A DNA stretch of 64,000 nucleotides, taken from NCBI GenBank assembly GCA_904398315.1, contig CAJFPD010000023.1:2417-66416 (forward strand), read 5' to 3'. The first letter of the stretch is position 1, and every line of letters begins with the position of its first letter. The position numbers and the translations under genes were made by a program. Origin of the DNA: Candidatus Alangreenwoodia gallinarii (GTDB lineage: Bacteria; Bacillota; Clostridia; Peptostreptococcales; Anaerovoracaceae). This document shows positions 19,356 through 29,740 of the stretch, piece after piece. The notes under the pieces are model-generated. The model saw only the letters and a program-made list of their open reading frames with translations. It did no database searches and was not told the origin of the DNA.

Positions 19356-19946
19356 CTATAGCTTTCCTTCGCAGAACATGCACACGGCCTGCGGCAGAAT
19401 CTCATGTTCCACCTCCAGAACACGCGCCGCCAGTGTATCCGGCGTATCGTCCTCCATCACAGGTACTGACTTCTGGAGGATAATTTTTCCCGTATCAACG
19501 CCTTCGTCCACAAAATGAACGGTCGCGCCGGACTCCTTCTCTCCTCCGGCCAGCACGGCTTCATGGACGTAATGGCCGTAGAAACCCTTGCCGCAGTATT
19601 TCGGAATCAGAGACGGATGAATATTGATGATTCTGTTGCGGTAAGCTTCGATGAGCTTCGGCTCAAGGACACTCATGTATCCCGCTAAAATGACGAGATC
19701 CGTCTTTTTCTCATCGAGAGCGCGGATAATCGCCTCCGTTCTGTCTTCCATCTGCGGATAATTTTCTTTTCCGATATATACGCCCTCTATGCCGTGATTG
19801 GCGGCACGCGTCAGCGCGTAAGCGTCTTTTTTGCTGGAAATCACCTGTACGATCTTTGCGTCCGGTATCTTTCCGCTCTCGATACTGTCGATGACGGCCT
19901 GAAGATTTGTTCCGCCGCCCGATACGAGCACTGATATATTTTTCAT
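19356..19946 (-). CDS. purN: Phosphoribosylglycinamide formyltransferase
   Basis: ISVLVSGGGTNLQAVID and NIHPSLIP motifs. Start re-set to 19946 (GAGAGG SD). Confidence 0.9.
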   Translation of the reverse strand: MKNISVLVSGGGTNLQAVIDSIESGKIPDAKIVQVISSKKDAYALTRAANHGIEGVYIGKENYPQMEDRTEAIIRALDEKKTDLVILAGYMSVLEPKLIEAYRNRIINIHPSLIPKYCGKGFYGHYVHEAVLAGGEKESGATVHFVDEGVDTGKIILQKSVPVMEDDTPDTLAARVLEVEHEILPQAVCMFCEGKL

Positions 19947-20025
19947 CTGTAACCTCTCGCTGCAGTCTCTGTTTACGCCGCAGGACTCTCTGAAATCCGC
20001 GGCATGCCGTTTTTCCGGACAGCTC

Positions 20026-21075
20026 CTATAAGATCTGATCTCCGTTAATGATTTCAATGCCTTCTTTGGCGGTGATTTTTCCGATTACCGACGGCTTTTC
20101 GCCGGAGGCCTGAAGAAGCGCGGTCACGCCTTCCGCATCCTTCGGATCCACTACCATGATCATGCCGATACCCATATTAAATGTAGAAAACATCTCACGG
20201 GCATCCACGTTTCCGCACTTCTTGATATAGCGGAAAATCTCAGGAACCTCCCATCTTCCCGTCCGGATCTCCGCACCGAGTCCCTCCGGAATGATTCTCG
20301 GAATATTTTCATAAAATCCGCCGCCGGTGATATGTACGACACCGTGAATATCATATTTTCCGAATACCGCCTTGCAGGCTTTCACGTAGATTCTCGTCGG
20401 TGTGATCAGCGCATCGCCCAGCGTGGTTCCCAGTTCTTCCACATAGTCTGCCACATCGAGGTCCATTTTATCGAAAAAGATCTTTCTGACCAGGGAATAT
20501 CCGTTACTGTGGATGCCGCTGGAAGGCAGGCCGATGAGGATATCTCCCTCTGCCACCTTACTCCCGTCGATGATGCGGCTTTTATCCGCGATTCCCACGG
20601 CAAACCCCGCCATATCATACTCATCCTCCGCATAAAAAGACGGCATCTCCGCCGTCTCTCCGCCTACGAGAGAGCATTCTGAAAGAACGCAGCCGTCAGC
20701 GATGCCCTTGACGATATCAGCGATCTTTTCCGCCTGAACCCGGCCTGTGGCGATATAGTCCAGGAAAAACAGCGGAACGGCACCCTGGCACACGATGTCG
20801 TTGACGCACATGGCCACGCAGTCCTGTCCCACGGTATCATGCTTGTCCATCAGAAATGCGATCTTCAGCTTCGTTCCCACACCGTCCGTTCCCGATACGA
20901 GGACAGGCTCGCTGATATCGCCGAGATCCAGACGATACATGCTGCCGAAGCTGCCCAGCCCCGTAAGGACATTTTCGCTGAACGTTCTCTTCACATGATC
21001 CTTCATGAGCTCGACGGCTCTTCCGCCTTCCTTTGTATCGACGCCGGCATCTTTGTAGGTCAACTTTTCTCCCAT
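20026..21075 (-). CDS. purM: Phosphoribosylformylglycinamidine cyclo-ligase (AIR synthetase)
   Basis: [19 protein letters not shown] and DYIA motifs. 349 aa. Confidence 0.95.
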   Translation of the reverse strand: MGEKLTYKDAGVDTKEGGRAVELMKDHVKRTFSENVLTGLGSFGSMYRLDLGDISEPVLVSGTDGVGTKLKIAFLMDKHDTVGQDCVAMCVNDIVCQGAVPLFFLDYIATGRVQAEKIADIVKGIADGCVLSECSLVGGETAEMPSFYAEDEYDMAGFAVGIADKSRIIDGSKVAEGDILIGLPSSGIHSNGYSLVRKIFFDKMDLDVADYVEELGTTLGDALITPTRIYVKACKAVFGKYDIHGVVHITGGGFYENIPRIIPEGLGAEIRTGRWEVPEIFRYIKKCGNVDAREMFSTFNMGIGMIMVVDPKDAEGVTALLQASGEKPSVIGKITAKEGIEIINGDQIL

Positions 21076-21194
21076 ATTTACACTCCTTTCTTCTCTTCCG
21101 AATCCCGGAAAAAGCGGCCGGAGATATCGGATGTTATCTCCTGTTATCTCCGTCTTTCTTCTCTCCGCCTTCTGCCGGGTGCCTTCGGAAAGGT

Positions 21195-22673
21195 TCAGTC
21201 GTATTCCCCGATGAACTGTCTCTTATCCGCTGCTTTTTCGTGCTCCGCCGCATAATCGAGATCCGAGAGTTCCACCGGATAATCTCCCGTGAAACAGGCA
21301 TCGCAGATGTCATCTCCGAATCCGATGCAGTCCTTCAGCCCCTGAACGCTGATAAATGCCAGGGAATCCGCACCGATATGCTCTCTCATCTGCTCGATGG
21401 TAAGATTTGCCGCCATGAGATTCTTCCTGTTCGGCGTATCGATTCCCATATAACAGGAATGAGTGACCGGAGGTGAACTGATGCGGACGTGTACCTCGGC
21501 GGCGCCGGCATCTTTCAGAAGTCTGACGATCTTTCCGCTTGTCGTGCCCCGGACGATGGAATCATCGATCATGATGATCCTCTTTCCTCTTACATTTTCT
21601 TCTAGGACATTCAGTTTCATCCGGACGCTGAGCTCTCTCATCTCCTGCGTCGGCTGAATGAATGTACGGCCGACATATCTGTTTTTCACCAGTCCCTCGC
21701 CGAAAGGAATGCCGGATTCCTCCGCATAGCCGATGGCCGCCACCGTACCGGAATCGGGAACAGCGATGACGAGATCCGCGTCAACGCCGCTTTCCCGGGC
21801 GAGAATTCTTCCCGCTTCCCGGCGGGACAGATAGACACTCCTTCCGTCGATGCGGCTGTCCGTCCTGGCGAAATAAACGTATTCAAAAGAACACACCTTC
21901 TTCGGCGCGTTTTCCCGGAACATCACCGAGCGCAGCTCTCCGTTTTCCACGATGACGATCTCGCCCGGACGTACATCGCGCACGAATTCCGCCCCCTGGA
22001 GAGGAAAAACACAGCTCTCCGAAGCGATGACATATCCGTTTTTCGTGCGCCCGATACAGAGAGGACGGATCCCGTTGGCGTCCCGGACACCGATGAGCTT
22101 GTCACCCATGGTGATGACGAGAGCAAAAGCCCCCTCTATGATATTTGCCACCTTCGCCACGGCGGCTTCAATACTTCCCTCCTTCAGATGGCGGGCGATG
22201 AGAGCCGCGATGACTTCCGAATCGATGGTAGTCTGAAAGATATAGCCGTCATCCTGCATCCGTTCCCGCAGAACTTTCGCATTGACCAGAGTCCCGTTGT
22301 GCGCCAGTGCTAAAGAGCCCAGTCTGGAATAGACGACAAGAGGCTGCGCATTGGAAGCCTGACTTTCGCCCGCCGTCGAATATCTCACATGTCCGATGCA
22401 GATATCTCCCGGCAGCGTCTTCATGAGATCGTCGTCAAATACCTCCTGAACGAGTCCCATATCTTTATAGTAATTGATGTTTCCGAACATATTCGAGGCG
22501 ATTCCGGCGCTTTCCTGACCTCTGTGCTGCAGGGAATGAAGTGCGAAGTAGACGTCCTTCGCGATATTCTGAGCTCCCGGGGACGAAATGCCCACGACGC
22601 CGCATTCATCGTGAAATTTGTCGTCATCCGTCAGCTGTGCAAGTTCCTGTTTCCGGTCTCTGTTGTCGTGCAT
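21195..22673 (-). CDS. purF: Amidophosphoribosyltransferase
   Basis: Propeptide followed by [18 protein letters not shown], and the PRPP loop [12 protein letters not shown]. Confidence 0.95.
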   Translation of the reverse strand: MHDNRDRKQELAQLTDDDKFHDECGVVGISSPGAQNIAKDVYFALHSLQHRGQESAGIASNMFGNINYYKDMGLVQEVFDDDLMKTLPGDICIGHVRYSTAGESQASNAQPLVVYSRLGSLALAHNGTLVNAKVLRERMQDDGYIFQTTIDSEVIAALIARHLKEGSIEAAVAKVANIIEGAFALVITMGDKLIGVRDANGIRPLCIGRTKNGYVIASESCVFPLQGAEFVRDVRPGEIVIVENGELRSVMFRENAPKKVCSFEYVYFARTDSRIDGRSVYLSRREAGRILARESGVDADLVIAVPDSGTVAAIGYAEESGIPFGEGLVKNRYVGRTFIQPTQEMRELSVRMKLNVLEENVRGKRIIMIDDSIVRGTTSGKIVRLLKDAGAAEVHVRISSPPVTHSCYMGIDTPNRKNLMAANLTIEQMREHIGADSLAFISVQGLKDCIGFGDDICDACFTGDYPVELSDLDYAAEHEKAADKRQFIGEYD

Positions 22674-22816
22674 TTATTTTTTCCTTCCGATTTCCGATAC
22701 TGATTTCCGATTTCTTCTGTCCGATCCGTCCGCCTGTCGGTCAATTCTCGCTGTCCGTTCGATTCCCCGGCCGGCGGCTCAGCGGTTCAGCGGCGAAACG
22801 GATGGTACCGATGATA

Positions 22817-23527
22817 TTACTGATGTTCTTCGACTCTCTTCAGGACTTCGCGGTAAGTTTCCTCCACATTGCCCAGATCTCTGCGGAAGCGATCCTTGTC
22901 CATTTTCTCACCGGTGTGGACATCCCAGAGTCTGCAGGTGTCAGGAGATATTTCGTCCGCCAGGATAATCTCTCCGTCACATTCGCCGAATTCGATTTTA
23001 AAATCGATCAGGCGCAGGTCGCTCTTGAGGAAGAATTCCTTCAGAAAATCATTTACCATAAAAGCATATTTTCTGACGGTATCCAGCTGCTCCTGAGTAG
23101 CCAGGCGCAGCGCCAGGATATGATCATCGTTGATCAGAGGATCGCCGAGAGCGTCATTTTTATAGGAAAATTCCAGCACGGTCTTTGCCAGTTCCGTGCC
23201 CTCTTCGACGCCGTATCTCTGAGAGAAGGAACCGGCAGCCACATTGCGTATGATAACCTCCAGAGGAAGGATTCTGACCGCCTTTACCAGAGTCTCTCTG
23301 TCGCTGAGCAGCTTTACGAGATGCGTCGGTACGCCTCTTTCCTCCAGCTGCTTAAAAATGATGGCTGACATCTTGTTGTTTACCACACCTTTTGACGCGA
23401 TGGTTCCTTTCTTTTCCCCGTTAAATGCAGTGGCATCGTCCTTGTAGTCCACGATATAGAGCTTCGGATCATCTGTCTTAAAGACTTTCTTTGCTTTTCC
23501 TTCATAAAGCTGTTCCAGTTTCTGCAT
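22817..23527 (-). CDS. purC: Phosphoribosylaminoimidazole-succinocarboxamide synthase
   Basis: [19 protein letters not shown] and [12 protein letters not shown] motifs. 236 aa. Confidence 0.95.
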   Translation of the reverse strand: MQKLEQLYEGKAKKVFKTDDPKLYIVDYKDDATAFNGEKKGTIASKGVVNNKMSAIIFKQLEERGVPTHLVKLLSDRETLVKAVRILPLEVIIRNVAAGSFSQRYGVEEGTELAKTVLEFSYKNDALGDPLINDDHILALRLATQEQLDTVRKYAFMVNDFLKEFFLKSDLRLIDFKIEFGECDGEIILADEISPDTCRLWDVHTGEKMDKDRFRRDLGNVEETYREVLKRVEEHQ

Positions 23528-23663
23528 GATATTTTTCCTTTCCGGCCTGTACGCCTGTTATATGTTTCAGATCTGTCACTTCATTTATATTTGACGATAT
23601 ATCCAGATAATATATCAGCTATATATTCGTCATATATCAGCGTCGTGTTTCTTTTGCAGGACG

Positions 23664-24146
23664 TCACTTTTTCTGAAATTCCGCGTCCGTCCGCAGCACA
23701 TCCTCTTCCATCTGCTTTTTGTACGCTTTCATCTTTTCCCTCAGTTCCGGATACTTCAGAGAAAGTATCTGAACCGCCAGGATTCCCGCATTTTCCGCTC
23801 CGTCGATGGCAACGGTGGCGACAGGAACGCCTTTCGGCATCTGTACGATGGAAAGCAGAGAATCCAGACCCGTCAGCGTAGAGGATTTTACGGGAAGTCC
23901 TATGACAGGCAGCGGTGTAAAGGCTGCCAGTACTCCTCCCAGATGTGCCGCTTTTCCCGCGGCAGCGATAATCACTTCAATGCCGTTTTCCTCGGCCTTC
24001 GAGGAAAATTCCATGGCTGCCGACGGTGTCCGGTGAGCGGAGATGATTCTCGTCTCAAATTCCACACCGAAATCTTTCAGGATTTTTTCTGTACGTTCTA
24101 CCACAGGATAATCCGATTTGCTTCCCATTACGATTCCGACTTTCAT
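23664..24146 (-). CDS. purE: 5-(carboxyamino)imidazole ribonucleotide mutase
   Basis: KVGIVMGSKSD, SAHRTP and AGKAAHLGGVLAA motifs. The ATG at 24146 follows AAAGGAAG by 7 nt. Confidence 0.95.
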   Translation of the reverse strand: MKVGIVMGSKSDYPVVERTEKILKDFGVEFETRIISAHRTPSAAMEFSSKAEENGIEVIIAAAGKAAHLGGVLAAFTPLPVIGLPVKSSTLTGLDSLLSIVQMPKGVPVATVAIDGAENAGILAVQILSLKYPELREKMKAYKKQMEEDVLRTDAEFQKK

Positions 24147-24247
24147 CAATACGCTTCCTTTCTGAAATATCTGCCGAACCGGTCACCGGTCCGGTCCGCC
24201 GCTTCCTGACCGGAGCCGGAAGCGGCTTCTTTTTCCATATTCGTTTT

Positions 24248-27200
24248 CTATCTGAAATATCCGATCCCCGATTCAAACAGTTTCTGATCGAAATTGCCCG
24301 GAACATTGCGATAGAGATTTCTGCCAATACGCTCCGAATGTCCCATCTTTCCAAATACTCTGCCATCAGGTGAAAGAATTCCTTCTATTGCCTGATTGGA
24401 GTTATTCGGATTGAAGCGGATATCGGAAGTGGGATTTCCTTCCGGATCGACATACTGCGTGGCGATCTGACCGTTTGCCGCCAGCTTTCCGATCATCTCT
24501 TCTGAAGCGATAAAGCGTCCTTCGCCGTGAGATACCGGAATTGTATGGATATCGCCCACCTCTGTTCCCGCAAGCCACGGCGATTTTACCGAAGCGATCC
24601 GGGTATTTACGAGACAGGACGCATGTCTGCCGATGCTGTTATAGGTCAGTGTCGGCATGTCCTCCTCAGCCGGCATGATCTTTCCGTAAGGAACGAGTCC
24701 CAGCTTGATGAGCGCCTGGAAACCGTTGCAGATGCCCAGTATCAGGCCGTCTCTCTTCTCCAGAAGATCCGTCACCGCTTCCGCCACCGCAGGATTCCGG
24801 AAGACCGCGGTAATGAATTTCGCGGAACCGTCCGGTTCATCGCCGCCGCTGAATCCGCCCGGAATCATGATAATCTGACTCTCCCGGATCTTGCGGATCA
24901 TCTGCTCGATGGACTCGTCAAGAAGCTGAGGCGTCAGATTCGCGATGATCTGCATCTCCACATCGCCGCCGGCTCTCTCAAAGGCTCTCTTGCTGTCCAC
25001 CTCGCAGTTTGTTCCCGGAAATACCGGAATGAAAACCTTCGGACGCGCGATTTTCACAGCCGGACGCGCTGCACTGCGCTCTGCAAACCGGAATGCCTCC
25101 ACCGGTCTGTCGTCCTCCTTCGCATGAGTAGGGAATACGGACTCCAGCGGCTCACACCACGCTTCGATCATCTCATCCAGCGTGATTTTCTCACCTGTAT
25201 CCGCGATAACGATCTCCTGCGCATCTGTCGTCTCTCCCAGAATCTCGAAAGAAATGCCCTTCAGAAGTTCTTCCGCGTCATATTCCCGGCTGATTTCCAG
25301 AATCAATGCTCCTGTCTCCGCACTGTGAAGCGCCCGGCCGTATTTTCCCGTGATGACGGCTCCGATCTTATTGCCTGCCGCCATCTCGCACAGCGTAACG
25401 AAAATGCCTCCCGGGCCTACAGGATTCATCGACAGAATCTTTTTCTGAGCCGTCAGTTCCATGACGCGCTCCATATTCCTGCGGTATTGTTCAAAATCGA
25501 TGACGCCGGATTTGTCTGTTCCCTGGTATACGTGTACCAGCGTACTGTCTCTCCGCTTCCATTCCGAAGAAACAACATCATTCGCATCGGCAGCTGCTAC
25601 GGCAAAGGAAATCAGCGTCGGCGGAACATCGATATCCATAAACGTGCCGGACATGCTGTCTTTTCCTCCGATGGCCGGAATCTTCAGCTCTGCCTGAGCC
25701 GTCAGAGCGCCGAGAAGGGCGCCGAACGGCTTGCTCCAGCGCTTCGGATCGGTGCCGAGATGACCGAAATATTCCTGGAAAGACAGGCGCGCTTTCCGGT
25801 AATCTCCCCCCAGAGCGACGATCTTCGTGGCGGAATCCACCACTGCGTGGACAGCACCGTGATACGGGCTTTTTTTGGAGATAGCCGGATTGAATCCGAA
25901 AGTCATCAGAGTCGCCGTATCCGTTTCTCCGCCGGTGACAGGCAGTTTCGCCGCCATTCCCGCCGCAGGGGAAAGCTGATACTTCCCGCCCAGCGGCATC
26001 AGCACCGAACCTGCGCCGATGGTGCTGTCAAAACGCTCCACGAGTCCCTTCTGACTGGCATTTCCCAGCTCTCTCAGATAGTCCGCCAGAGGTTTTTTTG
26101 CTTCGTCCTTTCCATCGACAGAATCGTTCATGAGATCATCAGACGGTTCATCGATTTCGATGGTCGTCTTCTGTTTTACGCCGTTGGTATCCAGGAAAGA
26201 TCTCTTAAGATCCAGAATGCATTTGCCCCTCCAGAACATCCGTACACTTCCCGTATCCGTAACGGAAGCGACTGCGACGGCCTCGAGATTTTCCTCTCCC
26301 GCATATGCTATGAATTTCTGCGCATCTTCCGCCTTTACAGCCACAGCCATCCGTTCCTGAGATTCGGAGATTGCCAGCTCCGTTCCGTCCAGTCCCTCAT
26401 ATTTCTTCGGTACGAGATCCAGATTGATATCCAGACTGTCTGCCAGCTCTCCGATGGCTACGGAAACGCCGCCGGCGCCGAAATCGTTGCAGCGGCGGAT
26501 CAGCGTGGACACTTCCTTTCTGCGGAACAGACGCTGCAGATTCCTCTCAACAGGCGGATTTCCCTTCTGAACTTCTGCTCCGCAGGTGAGAATCGATTCT
26601 TCCGTATGTTCCTTGGAGGAGCCGGTAGCACCGCCGCAGCCGTCTCGTCCCGTTCTGCCTCCCACCAGGATGATCACATCGCCGGGGGCCGGACGTTCGC
26701 GCACCACATTTGCTTTCGGAGCCGCGCCGATGACAGCACCTACTTCCATCCTCTTCGCCACGTAATCGGGGTCATAAACCTCTGCCACTTTGCCGGTGGC
26801 GATCCCGATCTGATTCCCGTAAGAGCTGTATCCGTAAGACGCCTCCGTAGTGATCTTTCTCTGTGGCAGTTTCCCCGCCAGAGTATCTGCCACACTCGTC
26901 CTCGGATCGGCAGAGCCTGTCACGCGCATAGCCTGATAGACGTACACGCGGCCCGAAAGAGGATCACGGATTGCACCTCCCAGACAGGTTGCAGCACCGC
27001 CGAAAGGTTCGATTTCAGTAGGATGATTATGCGTCTCATTTTTGAACATGACGAGCCAGTCCTCCGGCTTACCGTCGATATCCGCCTTCACATTGAAACT
27101 GCAGGCATTGATCTCTTCCGATTCGTCCAGATCCTCCGCCAGGCCCAGTTTTTTCATATATTTCGTTCCGATCACCGCCAGATCCATCAGCGTGATATCC

Positions 27201-28009
27201 TTTTCCTCCCGCTTTGCGCCGTAGACCTGCTCACGGATATCGAGATAACGGTCATATGCCTCTTTCAGCAGTCCGGAATAGGCGTCGCTGCCGAATCTGA
27301 CATCTGTGATCTTCGTCGAAAATGTCGTGTGCCGGCAGTGATCCGACCAGTATGTATCGATGACTCTGAGCTCCGTCACGGTAGGATCACGCATCAGATC
27401 TTCGGAAAAGTGCTTCCTTACAAACTGCAGATCTTCCGCACTCATGGCAAATCCCATCTCCGCCCGGTAAATCTCCAGCGCCTCATCGTCCATACCGCGG
27501 AAACCCTCCACCGTTTTTACATCTTCCGGAACGTCCGTCACCATGGTGATCGTATCCGGTTTTTCCATGGAGGCTTCCTGAGAATCCACAGGATTGATGC
27601 AGTACTTTCTGATCGCATCGCCGTCTTCCTTTGAGATCACGCCGTACAGTGCGATAACTCTCGCAAATTTTACCTCCGGCTTTCTGCCCATGCTGATGAG
27701 CTGAATGCACTGTGCAGCGGAATCCGCTCTCTGGTCATACTGCCCCGGAAGATACTCCGAAGCGAAAACAAAGGCAGCATCCGACAGATCTACGGTTTCC
27801 TCATATACCATATCCACCGCAGGCTCCGCAAAGACACCGGAGACTGATTTATGATAAAGCTCATCGTCAAGCCCGTCCATATCATATCTGTTCAGCACTC
27901 TGACACCGGTCAGCTTTTTCATGCCGAGATTTTCCCTGATGTCCGCACAGAGTCCCTGCGCCTCTACATCAAAGCCTTTTTTCTTTTCCACGAAGATTCG
28001 TCTTACCAT
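24248..28009 (-). CDS. purL: Phosphoribosylformylglycinamidine synthase, large single-chain type
   Basis: About 1250 aa with FGAM synthetase repeats and a C-terminal glutamine amidotransferase (GICNGFQAL, HGEGR). The ATG at 28009 follows GGGAGG by 5 nt. Confidence 0.95.
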   Translation of the reverse strand: MVRRIFVEKKKGFDVEAQGLCADIRENLGMKKLTGVRVLNRYDMDGLDDELYHKSVSGVFAEPAVDMVYEETVDLSDAAFVFASEYLPGQYDQRADSAAQCIQLISMGRKPEVKFARVIALYGVISKEDGDAIRKYCINPVDSQEASMEKPDTITMVTDVPEDVKTVEGFRGMDDEALEIYRAEMGFAMSAEDLQFVRKHFSEDLMRDPTVTELRVIDTYWSDHCRHTTFSTKITDVRFGSDAYSGLLKEAYDRYLDIREQVYGAKREEKDITLMDLAVIGTKYMKKLGLAEDLDESEEINACSFNVKADIDGKPEDWLVMFKNETHNHPTEIEPFGGAATCLGGAIRDPLSGRVYVYQAMRVTGSADPRTSVADTLAGKLPQRKITTEASYGYSSYGNQIGIATGKVAEVYDPDYVAKRMEVGAVIGAAPKANVVRERPAPGDVIILVGGRTGRDGCGGATGSSKEHTEESILTCGAEVQKGNPPVERNLQRLFRRKEVSTLIRRCNDFGAGGVSVAIGELADSLDINLDLVPKKYEGLDGTELAISESQERMAVAVKAEDAQKFIAYAGEENLEAVAVASVTDTGSVRMFWRGKCILDLKRSFLDTNGVKQKTTIEIDEPSDDLMNDSVDGKDEAKKPLADYLRELGNASQKGLVERFDSTIGAGSVLMPLGGKYQLSPAAGMAAKLPVTGGETDTATLMTFGFNPAISKKSPYHGAVHAVVDSATKIVALGGDYRKARLSFQEYFGHLGTDPKRWSKPFGALLGALTAQAELKIPAIGGKDSMSGTFMDIDVPPTLISFAVAAADANDVVSSEWKRRDSTLVHVYQGTDKSGVIDFEQYRRNMERVMELTAQKKILSMNPVGPGGIFVTLCEMAAGNKIGAVITGKYGRALHSAETGALILEISREYDAEELLKGISFEILGETTDAQEIVIADTGEKITLDEMIEAWCEPLESVFPTHAKEDDRPVEAFRFAERSAARPAVKIARPKVFIPVFPGTNCEVDSKRAFERAGGDVEMQIIANLTPQLLDESIEQMIRKIRESQIIMIPGGFSGGDEPDGSAKFITAVFRNPAVAEAVTDLLEKRDGLILGICNGFQALIKLGLVPYGKIMPAEEDMPTLTYNSIGRHASCLVNTRIASVKSPWLAGTEVGDIHTIPVSHGEGRFIASEEMIGKLAANGQIATQYVDPEGNPTSDIRFNPNNSNQAIEGILSPDGRVFGKMGHSERIGRNLYRNVPGNFDQKLFESGIGYFR

Positions 28010-28075
28010 TCTTTCCTCCCGTATTGACAGGCATTTCATTCATTTATCAACAGCTGCGTATTTATCAGCCAAGAT

Positions 28076-28104
28076 ATTATATCAGTTTTTCATCTGATTT
28101 TCGA
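28076..28104 (-). promoter_or_regulatory. Candidate sigma-A promoter of the pur operon
   Basis: Minus strand reads TCGAAA (28099-28104), a 17-nt spacer, then TATAAT (28076-28081) with an extended-10 TG. About 65-nt leader to the purL ATG. Confidence 0.45.
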
Positions 28105-28146
28105 CCGGATATTGATATGTTTTGCCTCTGCCGCTTCTTTTCTCTG

Positions 28147-28242
28147 AAAAAAATATTCCCGCAGAGACTGTCCGGCTGAGAAATATTCCGCCTGCGCGGC
28201 GGGAAACGATCTCAGAACATTCCGGTTCCGGTCCCTGCGGGG
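28147..28242 (-). terminator. Long compound hairpin with U-tract after the lytic-transglycosylase gene
   Basis: On the minus strand CCCGCAGGGAC pairs with GUCUCUGCGGG (one G-U). It encloses inner stems CUGAGA/UCUCAG and CCGCC/GGCGG and is followed by AAUAUUUUUUU. Confidence 0.5.
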
Positions 28243-28303
28243 ATATTTTTCTTCTTCATCTCGATCTCAATCAGATATACTGACCGGCTTCATCAGGCTC
28301 ATC

Positions 28304-29449
28304 TCAGACATAGCCGCCGGCTGACAGAAATGCACTGATGGCATCGTATCTGGAAAGAACTTTCTCCGCATACTGCATGTTATAGGATCCGCTCTTCACA
28401 CCCCAGATACCCCAGTTATAGGAGGAAACGGCGAGAACACGGTCTCCCTCAAATGTTCTCAGAGCTTCTCCCAGATAGATCGAGCCCATTTCGATATTCG
28501 GCTTCACCTGCAGCAGCTGATCCTCAGTAAAGCCATAGCTGTTTCCGGTGGAAACCTTGATCTGCATCAGTCCGACACAGCCGCTGCTGCTGACTGCCCG
28601 TGGATGATACATACTCTCACAGTTAGCTACCGCCATGAGAAGCTGCGGTTCCACACTGTTGATCCTTCCGTAAGATTCAAAATAATACACCATATTCTGT
28701 GCTTCCGCCATGGTCAGCGATGCATTCTGACTCATGATATAAGACGCGAGTCCGCGGATCCGGTCCGCCTCCGCCGTATCCAGCCGGGATGAAGCTTCCG
28801 TATCCGCATCCGTACTGATGCATACGCCGAAGCAGCTGTCATAACATGCGGACCAGCCGAATACTCCGCCGGTTGTGATGACATTCAGCGGAACATAGAC
28901 CGTACTGTCTGCTGTCAGCAGCGGCTGTCCCATAAGATCGACGTTCTGAACCTCCAGATCCGGAACGGTGATTTCCTTCTCCCCGGCAGCATCCTTGCTC
29001 TCTTCCGTCTTCTTCCGTTCCGCATTCTCCTGTCCGGCTGCGTCCGTTTCCTCACTCTGTTGCGCATCACGGTGCTCCGTGTACGCAAGAATCTCCATAT
29101 CCGTTCTTACGAGCACCTGTACAGGCTCCAGATTATTTTTTTTGCCGGAATCTTCCACATTCTGAAATCCTTCGGCATCGGTTTTTCTGATCTTCAGTAT
29201 GCGGCTTTTCTGATCCGTGTCCGCTTCAAATCCCATGATTCTTCCGACTTCCTGATCCATCGGAATATACACACGGTCATTGTAAATCAGAAAAGGGTTG
29301 CTGAGTTCATAATTGATGATATTCTCCCCGTCGATGGCGATATTTTTCAGAAAATAATCAGCACGGACGATTTCATCCGAGTAGATAGGAATGGAAGAGA
29401 ACACTAAAATCATCAGCGAAAGCCACACCGATAAACATTTCTTTATCAT
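28304..29449 (-). CDS. Secreted lytic transglycosylase (SLT) domain protein
   Basis: Signal/TM segment LSVWLSLMILVFSS and C-terminal SLT motifs (NCESMY..VGLMQI..YN). The ATG at 29449 follows AGAGGAAG, whereas the track start 29473 lacks an SD. Confidence 0.75.
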   Translation of the reverse strand: MIKKCLSVWLSLMILVFSSIPIYSDEIVRADYFLKNIAIDGENIINYELSNPFLIYNDRVYIPMDQEVGRIMGFEADTDQKSRILKIRKTDAEGFQNVEDSGKKNNLEPVQVLVRTDMEILAYTEHRDAQQSEETDAAGQENAERKKTEESKDAAGEKEITVPDLEVQNVDLMGQPLLTADSTVYVPLNVITTGGVFGWSACYDSCFGVCISTDADTEASSRLDTAEADRIRGLASYIMSQNASLTMAEAQNMVYYFESYGRINSVEPQLLMAVANCESMYHPRAVSSSGCVGLMQIKVSTGNSYGFTEDQLLQVKPNIEMGSIYLGEALRTFEGDRVLAVSSYNWGIWGVKSGSYNMQYAEKVLSRYDAISAFLSAGGYV

Positions 29450-29692
29450 ATCTCGCTTCCTCTCTTCAAACATCAGTTAGAGTAACGTACGAACCAAGTA
29501 TACCACACCGAGCTGATAATTTTAGTGGAAATTTCTTCATTTCAGCTTTTTTATCGTATTTATTTCGGCATTTTCCATTTTTTATTTTATTTTTATACCA
29601 TATAACGACATTTTTCTCGAAAATATTACAAACATTCCAAAAGAGCTGCGGAGGCAAATGCGGCAGGAAAAAACAAAGATCTGTCGCTTATA

Positions 29693-29723
29693 TAAAAAAT
29701 GCAGCCGGCTCTCCACCGGCTGT
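29693..29723 (-). terminator. Intrinsic terminator after alr
   Basis: CAGCCGG pairs with CCGGCTG, followed on the minus strand by a T6 tract. Confidence 0.6.
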
Positions 29724-29740
29724 AAAAACTGATTTCCGCA

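Noticed and set aside
24165-24176. CCGAAC core resembling a PurR PurBox upstream of purE
   Set aside because: Only the 6-nt core matches. The flanking A/T positions of AWWWCCGAACWWT are not met, so a chance occurrence is likely.
24527-27634. 1035-aa ORF antisense to purL
   Set aside because: Low-complexity R/H/F/L-rich sequence lying exactly opposite a gene with unmistakable FGAM synthase motifs. Such long stop-free antisense frames are a common by-product of the codon bias of the sense gene.
28147-28303. Structured GC-rich element upstream of purL, examined as a possible ZTP or purine riboswitch
   Set aside because: It folds as one long rod-like hairpin ending in a U-tract. It lies upstream of the best promoter candidate and directly after the stop of the preceding gene, so it fits a terminator. 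It has no ZTP or purine riboswitch consensus elements.
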